The notes below the pieces were generated by a model. The model was not told the DNA's origin. It ran no database searches and saw nothing but the letters and a program-made list of their open reading frames with translations. This document shows, in pieces, positions 9,465 through 17,053 of a DNA stretch of 64,000 nucleotides. The stretch lies in contig JAJBWA010000026.1 in the NCBI GenBank assembly GCA_031935845.1, positions 232-64,231 of the forward strand. The letters are read 5' to 3'. How positions within the stretch are numbered: the first letter of the stretch is position 1; each line of letters begins with the position of its first letter. The translations under genes were made by a program, and so were the position numbers. Source of the stretch: a bacterium. GTDB taxonomy: Bacteria > Spirochaetota > Spirochaetia > Sphaerochaetales > Sphaerochaetaceae.

Positions 9465-10697
9465 CTATGGTGCAATATATTCTGTCTGTCTGTAATAATC
9501 CACAAGACTGCCGATCAGGTCCGCAAACGATACCGTCAGCGCAGCTGTGGCCACCGTATCCATGGCTCCGAGGAAACTGCTGGAACCGTCGTTGAGTGTC
9601 TTCATGGCGATCTTTGTACCGAACACCATGAGACAGATTGCAAAACGCGTATAGAACCCGTCCTTGGTGCTCCTGAGAAGATTCTCGTCAGACATCCACT
9701 CGGGTTTGAGCGATATGCTTATGCTCTGCGTCTCCTTGAGTATTCCGACCGTCTTTCCGGCATATCCCGGAGCCGTCAGCCTCAATGAAGAAGGAATCAC
9801 GTAATTGTCCAGCGTCAGCGGTGTAAGACCCAACGGCACTCCGTCAACCAGAACCTGCGCCTGAGGATCCGTAGTTATCTCCAGACCGGAATACCTCGAA
9901 TCCTTCATGGACGCATTGACGGAAGACAAGGTGTTTCCCGCAAGATCGGTTGCAAAAGTCCTGTCCTGCTTTCCCTGTGCGCTCAGATGTATGACATGAC
10001 GGCCTTCCGTCGTCATGATGCATCCGTCCAGGCTGTCTACCTCGGTTCCGTCTACCTCCACGACAGTTCCGACTGCAAGATCCTCAAGCATGACCAGCGC
10101 AGGAGCACTGTTCATGAAGAAGCCTGCAACCGAAAGCGCCGCATTTACCGGGAACCTGTCGGAATCCGTGGATACTATCTGATACACGAGACTGACAGAA
10201 TCGGAACCGTATTCGTATGCATACAGGGAAAGGAGCCTGAAACCCTGGTAGTAATCAGACACCGGCATGATGATGAGATCTGCGCCTGTGGTGTCACAGA
10301 CATACTCCAGCAGGACAATATCCTTCTCCATGGCCGCAACGTCGAAAAGCAGGCCCTGTGAGTTCACGAGAGTAACCGGAAACGGCTTGCCGGACGGCTG
10401 CACTGCCTCCGGTCCTTTCTGATACTTCACCTGAGCCGCAGAAACCTTTTCGGCATTCTCCGAGGCATAGGCCGACTTCAGTTCCTGTCCCAATGCATTG
10501 AGCTGATCCAGATCCTGACGCAGCATCATGATCTCCCACGTATCCTGGTCGAATTCCTTTTCGGGAAAGAAACCGAGGATGAAGGACTCCACCTCGCTGT
10601 TCTGCGGATATACAAGCACGTCGTATGTTGCATCGGCTGCCGACAAGGCCGCAGAGAAAGCAAAGATGAGCATCAGGGTGATGAGGAGACGTCTCAA
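9465..10697 (-). CDS. exported PEGA-domain protein with a C-terminal TM region
   Basis: Signal peptide MRRLLITLMLIFAFSAALSA. PEGA-like segment VLVDGVPLGLTPLTLDNYVIPSSLRLTAPGYAGKTV. Hydrophobic C-terminus. Confidence 0.65.
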   Translation of the reverse strand: MRRLLITLMLIFAFSAALSAADATYDVLVYPQNSEVESFILGFFPEKEFDQDTWEIMMLRQDLDQLNALGQELKSAYASENAEKVSAAQVKYQKGPEAVQPSGKPFPVTLVNSQGLLFDVAAMEKDIVLLEYVCDTTGADLIIMPVSDYYQGFRLLSLYAYEYGSDSVSLVYQIVSTDSDRFPVNAALSVAGFFMNSAPALVMLEDLAVGTVVEVDGTEVDSLDGCIMTTEGRHVIHLSAQGKQDRTFATDLAGNTLSSVNASMKDSRYSGLEITTDPQAQVLVDGVPLGLTPLTLDNYVIPSSLRLTAPGYAGKTVGILKETQSISISLKPEWMSDENLLRSTKDGFYTRFAICLMVFGTKIAMKTLNDGSSSFLGAMDTVATAALTVSFADLIGSLVDYYRQTEYIAP

Positions 10698-11802
10698 TTA
10701 CTGCTCCTGGCTCCATCTGAGGAACGATTCGATGAAATTGTCTATGTCTCCGTCCATGACGGCCTGGATGTTTCCGGTCTGCTCGCCGGTCCTGGCATCC
10801 TTGACCATGGTGTAAGGCTGGAAGACATAGCTTCTGATCTGGGAGCCCCAGGCGATGTCCTTCTTCTCGATTGCCTCTGCAGCATGCTCTTCCTCCAGCT
10901 TCTGGCTGTAGTATTCATACAGACGGCTGCGGAGCATCTTGAAGGCCTTGTCCTTGTTCATGATCTGGGAACGCTCGTTCTGACACTGGACGACTATACC
11001 GGTAGGATAATGGGTGATCCTGACTGCGGAGTCCGTCTTGTTGACGTGCTGTCCGCCGGCACCGCCTGCCCTGTAGGTATCGATCCTGATGTCTTCCGGC
11101 TTTATCTCGATGTCGATGTTGTCATCGACTACCGGTGAAGTATAGACGGATGAGAACGATGTATGACGCCTTGCGTTGGAGTCGAACGGCGAAATCCTGA
11201 CAAGACGGTGGACGCCGGCCTCGCCTTTCAGATAACCGAAGGCATACGGTCCGGTGACCTGGATGGTCACGCTCTTGTAGCCGCCCTCGTCTTCCAGGGT
11301 GTCCAGTATTTCGGTCTTGAACTTGTGGCGTTCGCACCATCTGAGGTACATGCGCATGAGCATTGACGTCCAGTCACATGCTTCGGTACCGCCTGCACCT
11401 GCGTGGATGGTCAGGAACACATCGCCCTTGTCGTACTTTCCGTTGAGGAGTGTCTTGAGCTTGAGCGGTCTGTACTCGGATTCGATTTCAAGGATCCTTG
11501 CATCGACTTCAGCTGCATATTCCTCGTTTCCGTCGTCCTCTTCCTCATACAGCTCGATCAGGTCATAGGTCTCGTCTATGTCCTTGAGGAGTTTCTCAAA
11601 CGGGAGGAGAACGTCTTTGATTGCATTTATCTGTGCGAAAACCGCGTCTGACTTCTGTTTGTCGCCCCAGAAATCAGGCTCCAATGTCTGCTTTTCAAGC
11701 TCTGAAAGTCTAGTACGTAACCCTTCCGGGTCAAAGTCCCCTCCAGATAGCCTGGGATTCGGTCTTCAGCTGCTCAAGAAGTGCTCTGTTCTGTAGTGTC
11801 AT
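10698..11802 (-). CDS. prfB: peptide chain release factor 2, requires a +1 programmed frameshift
   Basis: Frame 0 runs from ATG 11802 (MTLQNRALLEQLKTESQAIWRGL) to in-frame TGA 11733-11731. Frame +1 runs 11732..10698 and carries SPF and GGQ motifs (ISPFDSNARRH, GAGGQHVNKT). Confidence 0.9.
11730..11742 (-). other. RF2 +1 frameshift site AGG GGA CTT TGA C
   Basis: Read directly on the minus strand: an SD-like AGGGGA immediately 5' of the CUU-UGA-C shift site, as in the E. coli prfB recoding signal. Confidence 0.85.
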
Positions 11803-13585
11803 TGTGTTTCTCCTTACGCTTCTCTGTCCTGAAACCTATAGAGAGCCTTGCGACCTCATCAGGTCCGAGTGAGAGCTTTTTCTGAATTCTCAATTGAGTA
11901 TACTCATAAAACGACTTGTCTCCAAGCCAAGTATGTGCCTTTTGCATGAAATCGCTTCTGGAGACCTCGGCCTCCTCACCGAATACGAAAGACACGCTGA
12001 ACGGACAGCATCTGTCGGATACCGTCACACTCTGTGTGAGGCAGTTTCCGCCGTCCTCAATCACGCCCTCCGGACATGAGACCTCGCATTCGCACGGCAG
12101 CGCCAGGTTGATGGTGTTCATGTATGTGAATCCGTTGAGAGGAGAGTCGGACAGATTCTCGATCTCGATCTCCAAGATCAGCGTGGACTGTCTGAACTTG
12201 TACCTCTTGGTCAGGTTCACCTGGTTCTTGCCCAGAAGGAGCGCCGGAGCCTTTGCAAAGAAATCCGTCCGCCTCTTGTCCAGGGAAGTCACCTCATAGG
12301 GCTTGGCGGCAAGCTTCATTTCCTTTGAAGTCTTGTCGTTTATGAAGGAATCGGCAAACAGGCCGTCTCCGCTGTGGAATGCAAGATCCGTCAAGGCAGA
12401 CGGGATGATGTACCGGCTGAGGACGGCTCCTCTGTGGCTGAGGTACGTTATGTTGGACTTTCCGGCTATCAGGGACTCGGGAATCCTGTCGAAATCGATG
12501 TCGGTCTCCTCGGGTATGACCATGTTGGAAATCCTGGAAAGCAGGACCTCCATCTCGCATGAGTATCTGTTGACGCTCCTGTGGATGGCCGGGTTACCGC
12601 ACTCGTCCGGGAAATAGAGACTGGAAGAGCTGGCCTTCATCAGAATCTGGTCCATGTTCTTGCGGTCCTCTATCAGCCTCTTGCTGTCACGGACCGTCTC
12701 CCTGAGCATGTTCACCAGACCGTAGTTCCTCGAGAACTTTGGATTCTCGTAGATCAGCTGGTTGATTGAAGTCAGCTTCCCTATCCTGAAATCCCTGCCG
12801 TAGATTCCACCGGGCAGATAATGGGTACGGGCAATCTCGTTCTCGGACAGATAGATGCCGGGAAGCGTACAGCGGTTGCCCATCACGTCGAAGATTACCT
12901 TGAAGACATCTGAAGATCCTTCCGTTCCCATCAGCTGGTCCAGATTCAGCATTATGGTGCTGATGGAGCTTGTGTTCTCCGATGCCATCTTCCTGATGTT
13001 GGAAAGGTATTTCTCAAGCGTTGTCGATGAGTTGTACAGATCTGCAGTCTCCTTGCTGTAGCGGTCGTCTATGGGGAACACCAGAGCCTGCTTGCCCATC
13101 TCTTCCGTGTAGAACGGCCTTGTGGCCTCCGTCATTCCGGAGACCTGGTTGTATGTGGAGACCACTATGTAATCCAGACCTGCAAGGCTCACCGCAGGAA
13201 CGGTGGTGGGATTGAATACCTGATTGTAGAACCAGAGTCCCCTGGGCTTCCTTGAGAAATTCTTCCTGATGTACGTGGTTGTCTTCTCGATCTGGGCCGT
13301 CCTCTCATGGGTCGGAATAAGTGAAAGGACAACGTCATAGTAGCTGGATGACAGGATCTCGAGCTGGCCTTTCCTGCACAGGTCGTTGATCAGCATGTTT
13401 ACTTCCGGGTGGTTCTGCTCAAGATACTCGAACTCCGAGATGCCCAGACGGAACAGGAGCTTGAGGCTGCTGTTGCGGTAGACCATGGTGAGAAGAGGCT
13501 TGAGCTGACGTGACAGCAGGGTCTCGTATTCCTCCCGTGAGGAACCGAAAGGCAACTGACTGTATGCACCCAAAATGTATTCCAT
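11774..13585 (-). CDS. glycoside hydrolase family 57-like protein, probably catalytically degenerate
   Basis: Collinear with remembered GH57 4-alpha-glucanotransferase: RKGQLEILSSSYYDVVLSLIPTHER versus KRGQLEIVVAGFYEPVLAAIPKEDR, and PFYTEE..LVFPIDDR versus PYYTED..VFPIDEK. Catalytic positions differ (see findings). Confidence 0.75.
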   Translation of the reverse strand: MEYILGAYSQLPFGSSREEYETLLSRQLKPLLTMVYRNSSLKLLFRLGISEFEYLEQNHPEVNMLINDLCRKGQLEILSSSYYDVVLSLIPTHERTAQIEKTTTYIRKNFSRKPRGLWFYNQVFNPTTVPAVSLAGLDYIVVSTYNQVSGMTEATRPFYTEEMGKQALVFPIDDRYSKETADLYNSSTTLEKYLSNIRKMASENTSSISTIMLNLDQLMGTEGSSDVFKVIFDVMGNRCTLPGIYLSENEIARTHYLPGGIYGRDFRIGKLTSINQLIYENPKFSRNYGLVNMLRETVRDSKRLIEDRKNMDQILMKASSSSLYFPDECGNPAIHRSVNRYSCEMEVLLSRISNMVIPEETDIDFDRIPESLIAGKSNITYLSHRGAVLSRYIIPSALTDLAFHSGDGLFADSFINDKTSKEMKLAAKPYEVTSLDKRRTDFFAKAPALLLGKNQVNLTKRYKFRQSTLILEIEIENLSDSPLNGFTYMNTINLALPCECEVSCPEGVIEDGGNCLTQSVTVSDRCCPFSVSFVFGEEAEVSRSDFMQKAHTWLGDKSFYEYTQLRIQKKLSLGPDEVARLSIGFRTEKRKEKHNDTTEQSTS

Positions 13586-13593
13586 GACTGTTC

Positions 13594-13622
13594 ATGATAT
13601 AAGAATTAGGGTAAGATTTGAA
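13594..13622 (-). promoter_or_regulatory. candidate promoter TTCAAA-N17-TATCAT, 8 nt from the GH57-like ATG
   Basis: Minus-strand reading gives TTCAAA (13622-13617), a 17-nt spacer, TATCAT (13599-13594), then gaacagtc and ATG at 13585. Confidence 0.4.
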
Positions 13623-13623
13623 T

Positions 13624-14502
13624 ATGGGTTTGCCTGCTTTTGTCACTAATTTCATCGCAAATTTCAAGAATCCCACAGTCAAGGTTTATGCCCTTGTGGG
13701 AAGAAGCGGCACGGGAAAGAGCTTCCGTGCCCAGCTTGTCGCGGACAAATACCATATCCCCCTCATTGTTGATGACGGACTTCTGATCAAGAACGACAGG
13801 ATCGTTGCAGGAAAGAGCGCCAAGCAGGAATCCAACTTCCTAACCGCAGTCAAGCGCGCCCTGTTCCAGGATCCGGAGCACTACAAGGAAGTGATGAACG
13901 CCCTACAGACGGAGCGTTTCCGCAAGATCCTGATAATCGGAACATCGGACAAGATGGCGGCAAAGATCGCACACAGGCTCAACCTCCCTGATCCGTCACA
14001 GATCATCCACATAGAGGATATCGCGACAAAAGACGAGATAGACACGGCCATGCGCATCCGTTACTCGGAGGGCAAACATGTCATTCCGGTGTCTCCGCTG
14101 CAGATCACGCGCAGCTACCCTTCCATCGTCTATGATTCCATCAAGGTCGGTCTGCAGAAACGTCTTGCCTTCCTTCCGTTCATAAAGAAGGTCCAGACAG
14201 TCGAGAAGACGCTTGTATGTCCCGAGTTCAGCAAGCAGGAAGAGACCGCAATAAGCGAAGCCGCCATCACACAGATGGTCACGCACTGCCTGACGGAATA
14301 CGAGGAGACCATGAAGGTCAGCAAGGTTACGTTCACTTACGGAGCCGAAGGCTATGACCTTGAAATCCTCATCAGGACGCCTCAGGTCATCTCAGGCATG
14401 ATGGTTGCCGAACTCGAGGAATACATTGCCGATTCACTTGAGAAATACGGCGGAATCCTGATACACAAGGTCAGACTGACCGCGCAGGCCTGGAGTGTCT
14501 GA
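13624..14502 (+). CDS. P-loop NTPase fused to an Asp23/Gls24-like C-terminal domain; function unknown
   Basis: Walker A GRSGTGKS near the N-terminus. The C-terminal roughly 90 aa (ISEAAITQMVTHCL...KVTFTYGAEGYDLEILIRTPQVISGMMVAELEEYIADSLEKYGGILIHKVRLTA) resembles the Asp23 pattern. Confidence 0.65.
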   Translation: MGLPAFVTNFIANFKNPTVKVYALVGRSGTGKSFRAQLVADKYHIPLIVDDGLLIKNDRIVAGKSAKQESNFLTAVKRALFQDPEHYKEVMNALQTERFRKILIIGTSDKMAAKIAHRLNLPDPSQIIHIEDIATKDEIDTAMRIRYSEGKHVIPVSPLQITRSYPSIVYDSIKVGLQKRLAFLPFIKKVQTVEKTLVCPEFSKQEETAISEAAITQMVTHCLTEYEETMKVSKVTFTYGAEGYDLEILIRTPQVISGMMVAELEEYIADSLEKYGGILIHKVRLTAQAWSV

Positions 14503-15658
14503 CCGATCTTGGCGGATTGCCGCTCTTCCTTCTTCTTGACGTCTTCTGCGTTCCAGTTGCGGATTCATTCTTCTTTTTCTCTGCAGATTCAGGATTGCGG
14601 TGTCTGATTGCACCTTTGGGAACGCGTAGTCCGGACTCGGTCATGAACATGGCAGCTGCGGACTCGATCTCGTAGTTGGGAGGCGTAATGGGGCTGAGCA
14701 GGATCTTGATCTGCCTCAGGATGTCGTTGAAGACTTCCATCGGGGTACCCATGGATCTGTCTACCGATATGAACGGACGGACCAGACTCAGATACATCTC
14801 CGCCTTGGTCACGGTCACGGAAGGATCTTCCTTGGCCTGATTGACTTTCCGGTCAAGTACACTCAGGGAATCGAACATCTGCGGGAACGATGCGTAGACC
14901 GAGATTGCAGGGAGAATGTAGACAAGCAGCTTGTATGAGTTCAGGCGTCTGAATATCTGGCAGCTGTCACCGCAGGCAAGGATCTTGTTCACCTCTTCCG
15001 TCATTCTTGACGTGCTCACGCCTTCAAGGCGCGGAGCGTTGTGCCTTATGGCCACGGAAAGCCTGAACGGAATCCTGAAACCCGTGGTCACGGAGTACTT
15101 GACGGCACGCACCATGCGCACCGGGTCTTCCTCGAACGTCCTGTTCAGAGGAATGAGCGATACTATCTTCCTGTCGCGGAAATCATCGAGTGCATTGTTG
15201 AAGTCGATCAGGTTCTCCTTGATAGGATCGTAGTACAGGCTGTTGATGGAAAAGTCACGCCGCGTGCAGTCCTCCTCGATGGTTCCGTACTCGTTGTCGT
15301 TGGAGGATTCATGCTCCTTGGTGCTCCTGAATGTGGAGACCTCTATGATTTCGTTTCCGAATGTGATGTGGACCAGCCTGAAACGCCTGCCGATGATCCT
15401 GGAGTTGTAGAAAAGTTTGTGGACCTGACGCGGGGACGCCGATGTGGCGACATCGAAATCCTTGGGCTGTCTGCCCAGGATCATGTCCCTGACGGCTCCG
15501 CCTACCAGATAGCTCTCGTAGCCTGCAGAATTGAGTTTCTTTATGACGTTGACGGCGTTCCTGCTTATCAGGCTGCTGTCTATCCTGTTCTCTTCCCGCG
15601 AATAGACACGTGCAACCGCATCCAGTCCGCCGGATCCCTTCTTGTATCTGACCAACAT
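14471..15658 (-). CDS. pcnB: poly(A) polymerase I-like class II nucleotidyltransferase
   Basis: LVGGAVRDMILGRQPKDFDVATSASPRQVHKLFYNSRIIGRRFRLVHITFGNEIIEVSTFR is nearly collinear with the E. coli PcnB head domain. Basic C-terminal tail. Confidence 0.8.
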   Translation of the reverse strand: MLVRYKKGSGGLDAVARVYSREENRIDSSLISRNAVNVIKKLNSAGYESYLVGGAVRDMILGRQPKDFDVATSASPRQVHKLFYNSRIIGRRFRLVHITFGNEIIEVSTFRSTKEHESSNDNEYGTIEEDCTRRDFSINSLYYDPIKENLIDFNNALDDFRDRKIVSLIPLNRTFEEDPVRMVRAVKYSVTTGFRIPFRLSVAIRHNAPRLEGVSTSRMTEEVNKILACGDSCQIFRRLNSYKLLVYILPAISVYASFPQMFDSLSVLDRKVNQAKEDPSVTVTKAEMYLSLVRPFISVDRSMGTPMEVFNDILRQIKILLSPITPPNYEIESAAAMFMTESGLRVPKGAIRHRNPESAEKKKNESATGTQKTSRRRKSGNPPRSVRHSRPARSV

Positions 15659-15680
15659 ATGTTCGAATTTCTTCCGACCG

Positions 15681-15709
15681 TTGAAAAAAACGCTTTTTTT
15701 GTATAGAAA
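15681..15709 (+). promoter_or_regulatory. candidate hisS promoter TTGAAA-N17-TAGAAA
   Basis: TTGAAA at 15681-15686, a 17-nt spacer, TAGAAA at 15704-15709. GAGGTGG SD at 15764-15770 precedes ATG 15773. Confidence 0.35.
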
Positions 15710-15772
15710 GTATTACATCAGATTTCGGATAAAAAAACAACACTGATGCCGCGTGCATCACCAGAGGTGGAT

Positions 15773-17053
15773 ATGATAGAACCCAAAGTCCTGAAAGGAT
15801 TCAGAGACAGCCTGCCGCAGCAGGAGATAGTAAGACAGAAACTCATGACCAAGGTGCAGGAAATCCTGCGCTCGTTCGGTTTCGTTCCCATCGATACTCC
15901 GGCACTTGAGTATACCGAAGTGCTGCTTGGAAAAGGCGGCGGAGAGACCGACAAGCAGATGTTCCGCTTCACCGACAACGGAGGAAGGGATGTTGCACTC
16001 AGGTTCGACCTCACCGTTCCCCTTGCCCGTTATGTCGCCGCAAACCAGAGCGTTCTCAGCTTCCCGTTCAAGCGCTACCACATCAGCAAGGTCTGGCGCG
16101 GCGAGAAGCCCCAGAAGGGCCGCTACCGCGAGTTCTGGCAGTGTGATTTCGACATGGTCGGCGTGGACAACGCCCAGAGTGATTTCGAGATCCTGCTTCT
16201 GATCCATACCTGCCTCACGCAGATGAAGGTAGGAGCCTTCAAGGTTTCCGTCTCACACAGAGGTCTTCTGAACCGCTTCCTCACAGGACTGGGAATCCAG
16301 GACAGGAACGCCGATGTCCTCAGGGCAATAGACAAGCTGGGCAAGATCGGCCGTGACGGAGTATGCGAGATCCTCAAGGAAGACGGACTTTCCGATGAAG
16401 AGACGGCCAAAGTGCTGGATTTCATCTCCATAGACAAGACAAGCTTTGAATCGACTCTCTCCATCCTCAGCGGAATGTTCGGCAGCTGCCCGGAGATCGA
16501 AAGACTCTCCGCCCTGCTCTCCATGATGAAGGCATGCGGAATCCAGGATGATTTCGTTCTGGATACTTCCATCACCCGCGGACTTGACTACTACACGGGA
16601 ATCGTCTACGAGACGCTTCTTCTGGACATGCCCCAGATTGGTTCCATCTGCTCCGGCGGAAGATACAACAACCTGGCCGGCCTCTACACAAAGGAGAACC
16701 TGCCCGGCGTGGGTTCCTGCATAGGACTGGACCGCCTTATTGCAGCACTCGAGGAGCTCAAGAGCCCCATCGTCACCGATGCATCTTATGCCGATGTCAT
16801 GGTGGTCGGAATCAAGGAAGATCCGGCATGGTCTGAGAGCACGGCCATGAAGCTGCGCGCCCTGGGCGTCCGTACGGATTCCTATGTGGGAGAAAAAGGC
16901 CTGGGACAGCAGTTCGCCTATGCCGAGAAGAACGGAATTCCCTATGTGGTCACGGCCCAGACGGGAGACCTCTACTCGGTCAAGGAAATCGCCACACGCA
17001 AGGTGACCGAAGGTCTTACACTTGAACAGGTGGCATCTCTGGCCCGCAGCTGA
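15773..17053 (+). CDS. hisS: histidine--tRNA ligase
   Basis: Class II HisRS motifs (KGFRD, FRYEKPQKGRYREF-like WRGEKPQKGRYREFWQCD, GGRYNNL). Start at ATG 15773 with an SD. Confidence 0.92.
   Translation: MIEPKVLKGFRDSLPQQEIVRQKLMTKVQEILRSFGFVPIDTPALEYTEVLLGKGGGETDKQMFRFTDNGGRDVALRFDLTVPLARYVAANQSVLSFPFKRYHISKVWRGEKPQKGRYREFWQCDFDMVGVDNAQSDFEILLLIHTCLTQMKVGAFKVSVSHRGLLNRFLTGLGIQDRNADVLRAIDKLGKIGRDGVCEILKEDGLSDEETAKVLDFISIDKTSFESTLSILSGMFGSCPEIERLSALLSMMKACGIQDDFVLDTSITRGLDYYTGIVYETLLLDMPQIGSICSGGRYNNLAGLYTKENLPGVGSCIGLDRLIAALEELKSPIVTDASYADVMVVGIKEDPAWSESTAMKLRALGVRTDSYVGEKGLGQQFAYAEKNGIPYVVTAQTGDLYSVKEIATRKVTEGLTLEQVASLARS

Noticed and set aside
15685-15700. An A7-CGC-T7 palindrome between pcnB and hisS as a possible bidirectional terminator.
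   Set aside because: The stem is A-U only with a 3-nt loop and lies between divergent gene starts, where a terminator makes no sense. It more likely forms part of the AT-rich promoter and UP region.
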